A stretch of DNA of 64,000 nt, taken from assembly GCF_003790525.1 (NCBI RefSeq), contig NZ_CP033635.1. One strand, 5' to 3'. Under the pieces are notes generated by a model. It was not told where the DNA came from, made no database searches, and saw only the letters and a list, made by a program, of their open reading frames with translations. The position numbers were made by a program, and so were the translations under genes. Shown here one piece after another: positions 1-11,417 of this stretch. How positions within the stretch are numbered: the stretch's first letter is position 1; each line of letters starts with the position of its first letter. This DNA comes from Escherichia coli (GTDB lineage Bacteria; Pseudomonadota; Gammaproteobacteria; Enterobacterales; Enterobacteriaceae).

Positions 1-391
1 TCTTGCCGACAGCGTCCCCGACCGCCAGTTGCTGGCACCGGTAAACAGTATTTCCCGCTATAAAACCATCGAATGGCTGAATTACATCGCCACCGAGCTG
101 CATAAAGGCTTCACACCTCTGTTTCGCCCTGATACACCGGAAGAGTACAAACCAACAGTTCGCGCGCAGCTGGAGAAGAAGCTGCAATATGTGAACGATG
201 CTCTGAAGGATGAGCACTGGATCTGCGGGCAACGATTTACAATTGCTGATGCCTATCTGTTTACGGTTCTGCGCTGGGCATACGCGGTGAAACTGAATCT
301 GGAAGGGTTAGAGCACATTGCGGCATTTATGCAACGTATGGCTGAACGTCCGGAAGTACAAGACGCGCTGTCAGCGGAAGGCTTAAAGTAA
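1..391 (+). CDS. gst: glutathione S-transferase, C-terminal part (5-prime end outside window)
   Basis: ORF 29..391 is open to the window edge; translation ends ...[16 protein letters not shown], recognised as E. coli Gst C-terminus; stop TAA 389..391. Confidence 0.85.
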   Translation, partial: LADSVPDRQLLAPVNSISRYKTIEWLNYIATELHKGFTPLFRPDTPEEYKPTVRAQLEKKLQYVNDALKDEHWICGQRFTIADAYLFTVLRWAYAVKLNLEGLEHIAAFMQRMAERPEVQDALSAEGLK

Positions 392-398
392 TAGCCAT

Positions 399-422
399 CG
401 GCCCACAGGTCGTTGTGGGCCG
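399..422. terminator. stem-loop between convergent gst and pdxY
   Basis: inverted repeat cggcccaca / tgtgggccg with 6-nt loop; no strong T-tract. Confidence 0.4.
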
Positions 423-434
423 AAATGAGATATT

Positions 435-1298
435 TCAGAGCTTTGTTGCGCTGAAATAATGTTCTGGTTTGGCAATACGATCCTGAGCAGCAACCACTTG
501 CAACTCATATTCCTGCATTGCTTTGGTGGTCACCATGATTTCGTATACTGCAGCGGTCACATGTTCCAGGGCCTCCTGCAGCGTTGCCCCCTGAAGCAGT
601 TTCACCAGCAGTAAACCGCTCGTCACATCACCAACACCTACCGGCTGGCGCATACCAAAATCCACCAGCGGACGGCTGATATGCCAGGCTTCATCGGCGG
701 TAACCAGCAGCATTTCAAAACGGTCACGGCTGTAGCCAGCCCGCGCCAGGTGTTTAACCAACACAATTTGTGGCCCTTGCGCAATGAGTTCACGCGCTGC
801 CAGAACCGCTTCTTCGACGTTATTTACCGGATGCTCACAGAGTATCTCCAGCTCAACCAGATTCGGCGCAATGATATCGCTGGCAGGCAAACCGTGACGC
901 ACATGAAACTCTGCGACACCCGGTGCAACGATACAGCCTTTTTCCGGATGACCCATTACCGGATCGCAAAAATATTTCGCCTGCGGATTCGCGGCTTTCA
1001 CCTGACGGACGATACCGAGGATATGTTCACCCTGCTCCGCCGATCCCAGATAGCCACTTAATACGGCATCACAGGTGTGTAATTTATCAATGGCGGCAAT
1101 GCCTTGCACTATTTCGGTTAAATGGCTGGGCGGCATCACGCAGCCGGTCCATTTGCCGTATTGGGTGTGATTAGAAAATTGAACGGTGTTCAGCGGCCAG
1201 ACGTTCGCGCCCAGGCGGCGCATCGGAAACTCTGCCGCACTGTTACCCGCATGACCATAAACAACGTGAGACTGGATAGCGAGAATATTTTTCATCAT
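435..1298 (-). CDS. pdxY: pyridoxal kinase 2
   Basis: 287 aa ORF, N-term [30 protein letters not shown] recognised as PdxY; length matches. Confidence 0.93.
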   Translation of the reverse strand: MMKNILAIQSHVVYGHAGNSAAEFPMRRLGANVWPLNTVQFSNHTQYGKWTGCVMPPSHLTEIVQGIAAIDKLHTCDAVLSGYLGSAEQGEHILGIVRQVKAANPQAKYFCDPVMGHPEKGCIVAPGVAEFHVRHGLPASDIIAPNLVELEILCEHPVNNVEEAVLAARELIAQGPQIVLVKHLARAGYSRDRFEMLLVTADEAWHISRPLVDFGMRQPVGVGDVTSGLLLVKLLQGATLQEALEHVTAAVYEIMVTTKAMQEYELQVVAAQDRIAKPEHYFSATKL

Positions 1299-1356
1299 GT
1301 TCCCTGTATAAAAACCAGGGGGAGTGATTTCTCACTCCCCCTTTCCACTTAATGCA

Positions 1357-2631
1357 TTATTTCCAGCAAATCAGACAGTAATTCTTTTTGCCGCGACGCA
1401 GTAAGGTAAAACGACCAAACAGACGATCTTCTTCTTTAAAGAAGTATTCAGGATCGGATTGTTTTTCACCGTTAATGGTGATGGCATTGGAGGCGATAGT
1501 TTTACGCGCCTGACCACGAGATGGTTGCAGTTCAGAATCGACCAGCGCCTGCATCAGGTCTGCGCCTTTTTCCATCTCAACCATCGGTACGCCGTCCTGC
1601 GCCAGCTGTTCGAAGTCCGCTTCACTCAGCGCACTCAAGGAACCGCTGAACAGGCATTCGGTAATACGTTTTGCCGCCTGTAAACCTTCTTCACCGTGAA
1701 CCAGACGAGTCACCTGCTCCGCCAGTACATACTGGGCGCGCGGTGCTTTACCGCTGTTTTTATCTTCTTCTTCCAGGGCGTTGATCTCTTCAATGCTCAT
1801 AAAGGTGAAGAACTTCAGGAAGCGGTAAACGTCGGCATCCGCAGTGTTAATCCAGAACTGGTAGAATTTGTACGGGCTGGTTTTCTTCGGATCCAACCAG
1901 ACTGCGCCGCCTTCAGTTTTACCAAATTTGGTGCCGTCTGCTTTGGTGATCAGCGGAACGGTCAAGCCAAACACCTGATTCTGATGCAGACGACGGGTCA
2001 GGTCGATACCAGAAGTGATGTTACCCCACTGGTCAGAACCACCAATTTGCAGCACCACACCGTACTGTTTGTTCAGACAGGCGAAGTCATAACCCTGCAA
2101 CAGGTTGTAGGAAAACTCAGTGAACGAAATCCCCTGATCTTCACGGTTGAGACGCTGCTTAACCGCTTCTTTGTTGATCATCTGGTTAACGGAGAAGTGT
2201 TTGCCAATATCGCGCAGGAAGGTCAGCACATTCATATTGCCGAACCAGTCATAGTTGTTCGCCGCGATAGCAGAGTTTTCTCCACAGTCGAAATCGAGGA
2301 ACGGGGCAACCTGCTTGCGGATTTTGTCCACCCATTCCTGAACAGTTTCTTCGGTGTTCAGCTTACGCTCAGCAGCTTTGAAGCTCGGGTCGCCAATCAG
2401 ACCCGTCGCGCCGCCTACCAGCGCAACCGGCTTGTGGCCCGCCTGCTGGAAGCGTTTCAGGCATAACAATGGAACAAGATGCCCCAAATGCAAGCTGTCA
2501 GCGGTAGGATCGAAGCCGCAATAGAGCGCGATCGGGCCTTGCGCCAGTCGCTCTGCTAACGCTTCCTCGTCCGTCACCTGGGCTACCAGCCCCCGCTCTT
2601 GCAATTGTTTAATCAAGTTACTGCTTGCCAT
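1357..2631 (-). CDS. tyrS: tyrosyl-tRNA synthetase
   Basis: ORF 1357..2643; start placed at ATG 2631 ([14 protein letters not shown]...), 424 aa; class I HLGH motif present. Confidence 0.95.
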
Positions 2632-2759
2632 CAAAATCTCCATGTATATAACGACTGCACCTTTGCCGGTACACGACTTTTCGCCAGATGCGAAAGAGAC
2701 ATAGAATAAAGTGCCAGAATCAGGAGTACCAGCGATTAAAGCAAGATTTTTGCATCTTT

Positions 2760-3416
2760 TCAGGGGGCAAGACGATCAATCTTCCACGCATCATTTTCAC
2801 GCTGGTACAAAAAGCGGTCATGCAGGCGATGCTCACCGCCCTGCCAGAACTCAATCTGTTCAAGGCTGACGCGAAAACCGCCCCAAAAACTCGGCAATGG
2901 CACTTCGCCCTGTTGAAACTTCTGCTTCAGCTCCAGGAATTTACTTTCAAGGATACCGCGGGCAGAAATGCGACTGGACTGCTTCGAAACCCATGCACCA
3001 ATCTGGCTATCACGTGGGCGACTATGAAAATATTTCATCACTTCGAGAGTCGAAAGTCGTTCCGCTTTACCGATCACCATCACCTGGCGCTCAAGGGTAT
3101 GCCACGGGAACAGCAGGCTAACGCGCGGATTATTTTCGATTTGATGTGCTTTACGGCTGCCGAGGTTGGTGTAAAACACCATGCCTTTTTCGTCGTAATG
3201 TTTGAGTAAAACGATGCGCTGATAAGGCTGACCATGTTCATCCACGGTAGCGACCACCATCGCGGTAGGGTCCGCCAGTTTGGCGTCACAAGCCTGAGAG
3301 AGCCAGCGTTCAAAAAGGGTTAATGGATCGGCGGGAAGATCGCGGCGGCGTAACCCGCCTTTGGTGTATTCACGGCGCAGATGCGCGATTTGCTGCAATT
3401 CGTCGTTATCAGACAT
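2760..3416 (-). CDS. pdxH: pyridoxine/pyridoxamine 5-prime-phosphate oxidase
   Basis: 218 aa [30 protein letters not shown]... recognised as PdxH. Confidence 0.93.
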
Positions 3417-3474
3417 GGTTTTCTTTACGGATTGTCAGTGGGTGACGCTATTGTGCGCCGCCCCTGGAAAAATC

Positions 3475-3804
3475 TCAACGCTGTGGATTTTGTAACTGAC
3501 AGTTATTCAAGACGATGCGGTCGCGTTTATAGACAGTCGCTTCCTCGCCTTTCGACCAGAAAACATAGATCCCGTCGGTGTAACGTGCACCAGACGCAGA
3601 AATGCCCTGTTTGAGATGCAATAGTTGATTATCATAAACAAAACTGACTTCCTGGCGCGGATTATTCAGTTTGACCGTCAACGGTTTTTCATCACACTGG
3701 TATTCCAGCGTATCGGTTTGCATGCGCTCAACCAGTTGATTGAACACGCTACAGCCGGTGAGAAGGACCGGCAAACAGATCAGTAACAGTTTTTTCATAG
3801 ACAT
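3475..3804 (-). CDS. mliC: membrane-bound lysozyme inhibitor of C-type lysozyme (lipoprotein)
   Basis: 109 aa ORF with lipoprotein signal and lipobox LLTGC; recognised as MliC (YdhA). Confidence 0.9.
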   Translation of the reverse strand: MSMKKLLLICLPVLLTGCSVFNQLVERMQTDTLEYQCDEKPLTVKLNNPRQEVSFVYDNQLLHLKQGISASGARYTDGIYVFWSKGEEATVYKRDRIVLNNCQLQNPQR

Positions 3805-3901
3805 ATCCCGAAGACTTTCCTGGTCTGGAGGGCAATACGCCCTCCCTAACGTTCCAAGTGTAACGGCAGACGCGGTAAGAAAAATTCAGTTAACTCTGAT
3901 A

Positions 3902-5011
3902 TCACAGGTTAGCGGGGAAAATAGCCCCCAGTACCGTCTCCTGGCTTGCGCCAGTGACGGAAGGCAGATTTCCTGGTAATCCCGCCAGCGTTCGCCAGGC
4001 AAGCCAGGCGAAAGCCAATGCTTCCATGTCATCGCCACTAATGCCAACGGCATCGGTGGTGGTGACTTCTGTGCCTGGCAGTAATGCCGCCAGACGCGCC
4101 ATGAGTAGCGGATTACGACTTCCTCCACCACATACCATCAATCGTTCGCAGCCACCGCTCAACAAAACTTGTTCAGAAATGGTCACGGCGGTGAGTTCTG
4201 CCAGTGTCGCCTGTACATCTCGGGGATCAACACCCGGAAAATGGCGCAAATGGCGCTCCAGCCAGCCGTAGTTAAAGTATTCGCGTCCGGTACTTTTCGG
4301 TGCAGGTTGCGAGAAATATGGGTCGCTGAGCATATTTTGCAGCAGTGGGAGAATGACTTTACCCGCCCGTGCCCACTCGGCATCTTTATCGTAAGGTTTA
4401 CCTGCCTGACGCCAGATCCAGGCATCCATCAGCATGTTACCAGGGCCGGTATCGTAGCCCCCTACCGGCTGCCCAGGAATGAGCAGTGACAGATTGGCAA
4501 TGCCACCAATATTGAGCACCATTCGTCGCTCGGTTGGGTGAGCCAGCAGCGCATGATGGAACGCAGGTACCAGCGGTGCGCCTTGTCCTCCCAAGGCAAT
4601 ATCGCGACGGCGAAAATCACCGACAACCGTAATTCCGGTGCGTGCCACAATTTGATTGTTATCGCCAATCTGTAAAGTGTGTGGTGCCACGCCCGTCGGT
4701 TCATGCCAGACGGTTTGACCGTGACAGCCGATCGCAACGATATCTCTCGCCTGCAGGTTTTGTTCCTTAAGCAAGGCATTGACCGCATCAGCAAAAAGTC
4801 GCCCGAGTTGAGTATCAAGCTGTCCAAACTGCGAAAGTGTAAGCTGCTGGCCCTGGCAAATATCCAGTACAGCCTGTTTCAGAGACACCGGGATCGGCCA
4901 GCTCAAACTTGCCAGCTGTGCGACCCGGTGTTCATCAATTGTCGCCAACACAACATCAACACCATCAAGGCTGGTGCCTGACATAACGCCAATAAAGCGA
5001 CCCGATTTCAT
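3902..5011 (-). CDS. anmK: anhydro-N-acetylmuramic acid kinase
   Basis: 369 aa [26 protein letters not shown]... recognised as AnmK; ATG 5011. Confidence 0.93.
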
Positions 5012-5144
5012 AGTTCATCCTTTTTCAATCTGACGTTTGCGCACCACTCAAACATAAACTTTTCGTGAATACCATGCGGAATGACCGATTTTTATCGTTG
5101 GTAGTAAAACATTATCTTCAAATCAATAATCATCATGAATGTTT

Positions 5145-5161
5145 TGTTTATAATTGGTTGA
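5145..5161. promoter_or_regulatory. putative PhoP box upstream of slyB (TGTTTA-N5-GGTTGA)
   Basis: direct hexamer repeat with 5-nt spacer about 125 bp upstream of slyB ATG; slyB is a known PhoP regulon member. Confidence 0.4.
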
Positions 5162-5284
5162 TCCTACTTTCATTATGATTTGCTCATATTTGGTAGAACA
5201 TGTAACCATGGATTCACATATGCCATATACTTTGACCATGAGGGATGCTTGCGTGGCGTTTCATGGTGAACAGGAGATTTTTCA

Positions 5285-5752
5285 ATGATTAAACGCGTAT
5301 TGGTTGTTTCAATGGTAGGTCTGTCTCTTGTCGGTTGTGTTAATAACGACACCCTGTCAGGGGATGTTTATACCGCTTCTGAAGCGAAACAAGTACAGAA
5401 TGTCAGCTATGGCACCATCGTTAACGTACGTCCGGTACAGATTCAGGGCGGTGATGATTCCAACGTTATCGGCGCAATTGGCGGTGCTGTTCTTGGTGGT
5501 TTCCTGGGAAATACTGTTGGCGGCGGAACCGGGCGTTCTCTGGCTACTGCAGCAGGCGCTGTTGCAGGTGGCGTAGCCGGTCAGGGCGTACAGAGTGCAA
5601 TGAACAAAACGCAGGGTGTCGAGCTGGAAATTCGTAAAGACGATGGTAATACCATCATGGTGGTACAGAAACAAGGCAACACTCGTTTCTCTCCGGGCCA
5701 ACGTGTCGTACTGGCCAGCAATGGCAGTCAGGTGACCGTTTCCCCGCGCTAA
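5285..5752 (+). CDS. slyB: outer membrane lipoprotein SlyB
   Basis: 155 aa ORF with lipoprotein signal (LVGC) and glycine-zipper-rich body; recognised as SlyB. Confidence 0.93.
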   Translation: MIKRVLVVSMVGLSLVGCVNNDTLSGDVYTASEAKQVQNVSYGTIVNVRPVQIQGGDDSNVIGAIGGAVLGGFLGNTVGGGTGRSLATAAGAVAGGVAGQGVQSAMNKTQGVELEIRKDDGNTIMVVQKQGNTRFSPGQRVVLASNGSQVTVSPR

Positions 5753-5760
5753 ATAAGTTT

Positions 5761-5788
5761 GCGTGTGGTCAGGTTACTGACCACACGC
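5761..5788. terminator. bidirectional hairpin between convergent slyB and slyA
   Basis: perfect 12-bp stem gcgtgtggtcag / ctgaccacacgc with 4-nt loop, 9 nt after slyB stop and 11 nt before slyA stop. Confidence 0.65.
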
Positions 5789-5798
5789 CCCCTTCATT

Positions 5799-6233
5799 TC
5801 ACCCTTTGGCCTGTAACTCAATGATATTATGCTCAAGTTTTGCGATGAGCTTAATCAGTTGTTCCAGTTCCTCTGCGGAGATGCCATGTAAAATTTCCGC
5901 GCGGGTTTTGTTAATAACAGCTTCCATTTCGCTGATCAGTGGCTCTGCCTTTTCCGTCAGTTTAATACGTTTAGCCCGACGATCGCTGGCACAAGTTTGA
6001 CGCGAAATTAACCCTTTTTCTTCCAGTTGGTCCAGAGTACGGACCAGTGATGGCTGCTCGATGCCAATCGCTTTTGCCAGTTGAATTTGCGACTGGTCTG
6101 GAGGTAACTGATGGATATTGTGTAACGTAACCCAATGGGTTTGTGTTAACTCCAGCGGTTTCAGGCGATGGTCTATCAGAGCACGCCATATGCGCACCAA
6201 CCGTGCCAGATCAGAACCTAGTGGCGATTCCAA
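5799..6233 (-). CDS. slyA: MarR-family transcriptional regulator SlyA
   Basis: ORF 5799..6239 (146 aa from ATG); the 144-aa form I recall for K-12 SlyA ([12 protein letters not shown]...) would start at in-frame TTG 6233. Confidence 0.88.
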
Positions 6234-6249
6234 TTTCATCTCCTTATAA

Positions 6250-6261
6250 TTAGCTTGCTAA
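6250..6261. promoter_or_regulatory. SlyA-type palindrome TTAGCTTGCTAA just upstream of slyA
   Basis: 12-bp near-palindrome resembling the SlyA consensus TTAGCAAGCTAA, 11 bp upstream of the slyA ORF in the slyA/ydhI divergent region. Confidence 0.5.
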
Positions 6262-6433
6262 GATATTATGCGGCTTTTAGAATAGTGTGCAGCAATTGTA
6301 TTGCTAAAACAAATGTATTGCTGCATTTGGTTACCGTCAGACATATTTTTCAGAAATTGCGCGTAAATTTTTCGCACTTAAAGAATATTTATTAATCTAA
6401 CGCAATATATTCGGTCGTAAAGGAATCTACTTT

Positions 6434-6670
6434 GTGAAGTTTATGCTCAATGCAACAGGATTGCCCTTACAAGATCTGGTGTTCGGTGCGTCCGTCTACT
6501 TTCCTCCGTTTTTCAAAGCCTTCGCGTTTGGATTCGTCATCTGGCTTGTCGTACACCGCCTGCTTCGTGGCTGGATCTACGCTGGTGACATCTGGCATCC
6601 CTTGTTAATGGATTTATCGCTGTTTGCGATTTGCGTTTGCCTTGCCCTGGCAATACTGATTGCGTGGTAA
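6434..6670 (+). CDS. ydhI: small inner-membrane protein (DUF1656), partner of YdhJK
   Basis: 78 aa ORF from GTG 6434 ([25 protein letters not shown]...), two hydrophobic segments; recognised as YdhI. Confidence 0.85.
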
Positions 6671-6672
6671 CT

Positions 6673-7530
6673 ATGTCAATTAAAACAATTAAGTATTTCT
6701 CAACAATCATTGTAGCGGTAGTTGCGGTTCTTGCCGGATGGTGGCTGTGGAATTATTACATGCAATCTCCGTGGACACGCGACGGGAAAATACGCGCAGA
6801 ACAGGTTTCTATCACCCCTCAGGTGTCGGGACGTATTGTTGAGCTGAATATAAAAGACAACCAGCTGGTTAACGCGGGGGATCTTCTGCTCACGATCGAT
6901 AAAACGCCCTTTAAGATCGCCGAGCTGAACGCACAGGCTCAGCTGGCGAAAGCGCAATCTGACCTCGCAAAAGCCAATAACGAAGCGAATCGTCGTCGTC
7001 ATCTCTCACAAAATTTTATTTCTGCCGAAGAACTCGATACCGCTAACCTCAATGTTAAAGCGATGCAGGCCAGTGTTGATGCCGCACAGGCGACGCTGAA
7101 ACAGGCACAATGGCAACTGGCGCAAACGGAAATTCGCGCCCCGGTGAGTGGATGGGTGACTAACCTCACTACCCGCATCGGCGATTACGCTGACACAGGG
7201 AAACCGCTGTTTGCCCTTGTCGACAGCCACTCGTTTTACGTCATTGGTTATTTTGAAGAAACCAAGTTGCGCCATATCCGCGAAGGTGCACCAGCACAAA
7301 TTACCCTCTATAGTGATAACAAAACGTTACAGGGTCACGTTTCCAGTATCGGTCGGGCGATTTATGATCAGAGCGTTGAAAGTGACTCAAGCCTTATTCC
7401 GGATGTGAAACCTAACGTCCCCTGGGTTCGACTCGCCCAACGCGTTCCCGTCCGCTTTGCGCTGGATAAAGTCCCAGGCGATGTCACGCTGGTGTCGGGC
7501 ACCACCTGTAGCATTGCCGTAGGTCAATAA
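6673..7530 (+). CDS. ydhJ: HlyD/AaeA-like membrane fusion protein
   Basis: ORF 6631..7530; start placed at ATG 6673 ([18 protein letters not shown]...), 285 aa; N-terminal TM then coiled coil. Confidence 0.85.
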   Translation: MSIKTIKYFSTIIVAVVAVLAGWWLWNYYMQSPWTRDGKIRAEQVSITPQVSGRIVELNIKDNQLVNAGDLLLTIDKTPFKIAELNAQAQLAKAQSDLAKANNEANRRRHLSQNFISAEELDTANLNVKAMQASVDAAQATLKQAQWQLAQTEIRAPVSGWVTNLTTRIGDYADTGKPLFALVDSHSFYVIGYFEETKLRHIREGAPAQITLYSDNKTLQGHVSSIGRAIYDQSVESDSSLIPDVKPNVPWVRLAQRVPVRFALDKVPGDVTLVSGTTCSIAVGQ

Positions 7531-9542
7531 TGAACGCATCGTCATGGTCCTTGCGCAATTTGCCCTGGTTCAGGGCCACGCTGGCGCAATGGCGTTATGC
7601 GTTACGCAATACCATTGCCATGTGTCTGGCGCTGACGGTTGCCTATTATTTAAATCTGGATGAACCCTATTGGGCGATGACCTCGGCTGCCGTGGTTAGC
7701 TTTCCCACCGTGGGCGGTGTCATCAGCAAAAGCCTCGGACGCATCGCTGGCAGTTTGCTCGGAGCCATTGCGGCACTGCTTCTTGCCGGACATACACTTA
7801 ATGAGCCGTGGTTTTTTCTTTTGAGCATGGCGGCGTGGCTTGGCTTTTGTACCTGGGCCTGTGCGCACTTCACGAATAATGTCGCGTATGCATTTCAACT
7901 GGCGGGCTACACGGCTGCCATCATCGCCTTTCCGATGGTTAATATTACTGAGGCCAGCCAGCTGTGGGATATCGCTCAGGCGCGCGTTTGCGAGGTGATT
8001 GTCGGTATTTTGTGCGGCGGCATGATGATGATGATCCTGCCGAGCAATTCCGATGCTACAGCCCTTTTAACCGCATTGAAAAACATGCACGCCCGATTGC
8101 TGGAACATGCCAGTTTACTCTGGCAGCCTGAAACAACCGATGCCATTCGTGCAGCACATGAAGGGGTGATTGGGCAGATACTGACCATGAATTTGCTCCG
8201 TATCCAGGCTTTCTGGAGCCACTATCGTTTTCGCCAGCAAAACGCACGCCTTAATGCGCTGCTCCACCAGCAATTACGTATGACCAGTGTCATCTCCAGC
8301 CTGCGACGTATGTTGCTCAACTGGCCCTCACCGCCAGGTGCCACACGAGAAATTCTCGAACAGCTGCTGACGGCGCTCGCCAGTTCGCAAACAGATGTTT
8401 ACACCGTCGCACGTATTATCGCCCCGCTACGCCCGACCAACGTCGCCGACTATCGGCACGTCGCCTTCTGGCAGCGACTACGTTATTTTTGCCGACTTTA
8501 TCTGCAAAGTAGTCAGGAATTACATCGTCTGCAAAGCGGTGTAGATGATCATACCAGACTCCCACGGACATCCGGCCTGGCTCGTCATACCGATAACGCC
8601 GAAGCTATGTGGAGCGGGCTGCGTACATTTTGTACGTTGATGATGATTGGCACATGGAGTATTGCTTCGCAATGGGATGCCGGTGCCAATGCATTAACGC
8701 TGGCAGCGATTAGCTGCGTACTCTACTCCGCCGTCGCAGCTCCGTTTAAGTCGTTGTCACTGCTGATGCGTACGCTGGTGTTACTTTCGCTATTCAGCTT
8801 TGTGGTCAAATTTGGCCTGATGGTCCAGATTAGCGATCTGTGGCAATTTTTACTGTTTCTCTTTCCACTGCTGGCGACGATGCAGCTTCTTAAATTGCAG
8901 ATGCCCAAATTTGCCGCACTGTGGGGGCAACTGATTGTTTTTATGGGTTCGTTTATCGCTGTCACTAATCCCCCGGTGTATGATTTTGCTGATTTTCTTA
9001 ACGATAATCTGGCAAAAATCGTTGGCGTTGCGCTGGCGTGGTTAGCGTTCGCCATTCTGCGTCCAGGATCGGATGCTCGTAAAAGTCGCCGTCATATTCG
9101 CGCGCTGCGCCGGGATTTTGTCGATCAACTAAGCCGCCATCCATCACTGAGTGAAAGCGAATTTGAATCGCTCACTTATCATCACGTCAGTCAGTTGAGT
9201 AACAGCCAGGATGCGATGGCTCGCCGTTGGTTATTACGCTGGGGTGTAGTGCTGCTGAACTGTTCTCATGTTGTCTGGCAATTGCGCGACTGGGAATCGC
9301 GTTCCGATCCGTTATCGCGAGTACGGGATAACTGTATTTCACTGTTGCGCGGAGTGATGAGTGAGCGTGGCGTTCAGCAAAAATCACTGGCGGCCACACT
9401 TGAAGAATTACAGCGAATTTGCGACAGCCTTGCCCGTCATCATCAACCTGCCGCCCGTGAGCTGGCGGCAATTGTCTGGCGGCTGTACTGCTCGCTTTCG
9501 CAACTTGAGCAAGCACCGCCGCAAGGTACGCTGGCCTCTTAA
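7530..9542 (+). CDS. ydhK: FUSC/AaeB-family efflux permease
   Basis: 670 aa polytopic membrane ORF; start overlaps ydhJ stop; recognised as YdhK. Confidence 0.88.
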   Translation: MNASSWSLRNLPWFRATLAQWRYALRNTIAMCLALTVAYYLNLDEPYWAMTSAAVVSFPTVGGVISKSLGRIAGSLLGAIAALLLAGHTLNEPWFFLLSMAAWLGFCTWACAHFTNNVAYAFQLAGYTAAIIAFPMVNITEASQLWDIAQARVCEVIVGILCGGMMMMILPSNSDATALLTALKNMHARLLEHASLLWQPETTDAIRAAHEGVIGQILTMNLLRIQAFWSHYRFRQQNARLNALLHQQLRMTSVISSLRRMLLNWPSPPGATREILEQLLTALASSQTDVYTVARIIAPLRPTNVADYRHVAFWQRLRYFCRLYLQSSQELHRLQSGVDDHTRLPRTSGLARHTDNAEAMWSGLRTFCTLMMIGTWSIASQWDAGANALTLAAISCVLYSAVAAPFKSLSLLMRTLVLLSLFSFVVKFGLMVQISDLWQFLLFLFPLLATMQLLKLQMPKFAALWGQLIVFMGSFIAVTNPPVYDFADFLNDNLAKIVGVALAWLAFAILRPGSDARKSRRHIRALRRDFVDQLSRHPSLSESEFESLTYHHVSQLSNSQDAMARRWLLRWGVVLLNCSHVVWQLRDWESRSDPLSRVRDNCISLLRGVMSERGVQQKSLAATLEELQRICDSLARHHQPAARELAAIVWRLYCSLSQLEQAPPQGTLAS

Positions 9543-10064
9543 TTACTTAATTACACCACAGGCATAGCGTTCACCGCCACCGCCCAGCGGTTTAGGTTGA
9601 TCGGACATATTATCGCCGCCAACGTGGACCATCAGTGCTTTGTCTTTGACTTCATCCAGTGATTTCAGACGAGGCGCGATGACGGCATCGGTAGCTTTGC
9701 CGTCATTATTGACGACCAGTGCAGGCAGATCGCCTAAATGCCCGGCACCTTCTGGCCCTTCATGTTTACCGGTATTTTGTGGATCAAGATGCCCGCCTGC
9801 GGATTCCGCGGCGCTGGCTTTGCCATCTTTGGTGGCTGGCTGGCAGCTTCCTTTGGCATGAATATGGAAGCCATGTTCACCGGGGGGTAATGCTTTCAGG
9901 TCGGGCGAAAACTCCAGACCTTTATCGGTTTCAGTAATGGTGACGCTACCAATTGACTGCCCAACCCCTTGCGACGTGACGAGGTTCATCTCGACTTTTT
10001 CACTGGCAGCTTGTGCGCCGGTCGCAACAACCAGCGCCAGAATGGCCAGACTAAAACGTTTCAT
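9543..10064 (-). CDS. sodC: periplasmic Cu,Zn superoxide dismutase
   Basis: ORF 9543..10115; start placed at ATG 10064 with GGAGG RBS (MKRFSLAILALVVATGAQA...), 173 aa; Cu/Zn SOD histidine motifs. Confidence 0.92.
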   Translation of the reverse strand: MKRFSLAILALVVATGAQAASEKVEMNLVTSQGVGQSIGSVTITETDKGLEFSPDLKALPPGEHGFHIHAKGSCQPATKDGKASAAESAGGHLDPQNTGKHEGPEGAGHLGDLPALVVNNDGKATDAVIAPRLKSLDEVKDKALMVHVGGDNMSDQPKPLGGGGERYACGVIK

Positions 10065-10144
10065 AGGACCTCCGTTCATTGTGCATTCCTGAATAAGTGT
10101 AAACCAGTGACACATTTTTGAACGGCGGCTATTCCTAAAAGTGC

Positions 10145-11041
10145 TTACGGTACGTCGTAACCCAATGCCGCTTTACGGATACGGAACCATTGTTGACGGG
10201 TCATTTTCAGTGTTTCAGCTTCGACAGCTGCCCGTACGCGCTCAATTTTACCTGAGCCGATAATTGGCAGCGGCTGCGACGGTAAACGTAATACCCAGGC
10301 GTAAACCACCTGTTCAATCGAGCCCGCGTTTAACTCCTCCGCCACCACAGCCAGTTCATCACGCAGCGGCTGGAAATAATCATCATTAAACAGACGACCA
10401 CCACCAAGGCAGGACCACGCCATCGGACGAACACGCAGTTGTTGCAGTTGGTCGAGCGTGCCATCCAGCAGTAACGGCTGATGCACCGGGGATATTTCCA
10501 CCTGATTAGTGGCAAGGGTAAACGGCAGGCGTGATTGCAACAGGGCAAATTGCGCGGGCGTGAAGTTGGATACGCCAAAATGGCGCACTTTGCCGCTCTG
10601 ATGCAGATGTTTAAACGCGTCCGCCACTTCATCGGCATCCATTAACGGGTCTGGTCGGTGGATTAACAGCAGATCCAGATGATCGGTCGCGAGATTAATT
10701 AGCGACTGTTCGGCGCTCTTAATGATGTGATCGCGGTCAGTGATGTAATGACCAATGACGTTTTCTTCACGCGCGGTCGTCGCGATACCGCATTTACTGA
10801 CGATTTCCATCCGTTCACGCAGGTGAGGTGCCAGTTTCAGCGCCTCGCCAAACGCCGCTTCGCACTGATAGCCACCATAAATATCAGCATGGTCCACGGT
10901 GGTCACGCCGAGATCCAGATGCTCTTCAATAAAACTGACCAGCTGGCGGGCGGACATATTCCAGTCCATCAATCGCCAGTAGCCCATCACAAAACGGGAA
11001 AACTCCGGGCCTTGCGGCGCAATAGTAATACGCTGAACCAT
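10145..11041 (-). CDS. ydhF: aldo-keto reductase family oxidoreductase
   Basis: 298 aa ORF MVQRITIAPQGPEFSRFVMGYWRL... recognised as YdhF. Confidence 0.9.
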   Translation of the reverse strand: MVQRITIAPQGPEFSRFVMGYWRLMDWNMSARQLVSFIEEHLDLGVTTVDHADIYGGYQCEAAFGEALKLAPHLRERMEIVSKCGIATTAREENVIGHYITDRDHIIKSAEQSLINLATDHLDLLLIHRPDPLMDADEVADAFKHLHQSGKVRHFGVSNFTPAQFALLQSRLPFTLATNQVEISPVHQPLLLDGTLDQLQQLRVRPMAWSCLGGGRLFNDDYFQPLRDELAVVAEELNAGSIEQVVYAWVLRLPSQPLPIIGSGKIERVRAAVEAETLKMTRQQWFRIRKAALGYDVP

Positions 11042-11089
11042 AATCGCTTCCTCTTATCAGATATGAGAGGAGTATACGCAAGATTAGGC

Positions 11090-11329
11090 TCAAAAGAGTG
11101 ATGGTTGCTCCGGTTCATCTGATGACGCCGGCTTATTTGCACGTAATTTGCGCATTAATCGCTGCCGACAAAGGCGCAGTACCTCTTGTTTTTCGCCATC
11201 GCTCATTTTATTCCAGTTAAAACGCTCATCCCGACTGCGAAAGCAGCCGCGACAAAATCCGCGTTCGTCAGACTGGCAAATTCCCCGGCACGGGCTCTGG
11301 ACGGGAAAGAACTCTAATTGCTCCGCCAC
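11090..11329 (-). CDS. ydhL: DUF1289 four-cysteine small protein
   Basis: ORF 11090..11500; 79-aa form starting at GTG 11329 (VAEQLEFFPVQSPCRGICQSDERGFCRGC...) matches the YdhL I recall. Confidence 0.75.
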   Translation of the reverse strand: MAEQLEFFPVQSPCRGICQSDERGFCRGCFRSRDERFNWNKMSDGEKQEVLRLCRQRLMRKLRANKPASSDEPEQPSLF

Positions 11330-11401
11330 TTCGCCCTCCTCAGATAAGATTATTACCACTATTGAAGCTGTTAATGCCCAAAGTAGCAACTTTGCTTGCA
11401 C

Positions 11402-11417
11402 TAGACCGACTGGTCTA
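11402..11417. promoter_or_regulatory. NemR operator (NEM box) TAGACCGACTGGTCTA
   Basis: perfect 16-bp palindrome 15 bp upstream of nemR ATG. Confidence 0.7.

Noticed and set aside
1696-2466. 256-aa plus-strand ORF antisense to tyrS, and similar long antisense ORFs in purR (23376..24215), sufS/sufD and ydiJ
   Set aside because: All are antisense to strongly supported genes, lack RBS/start context and have no recognisable motifs; typical shadow ORFs.
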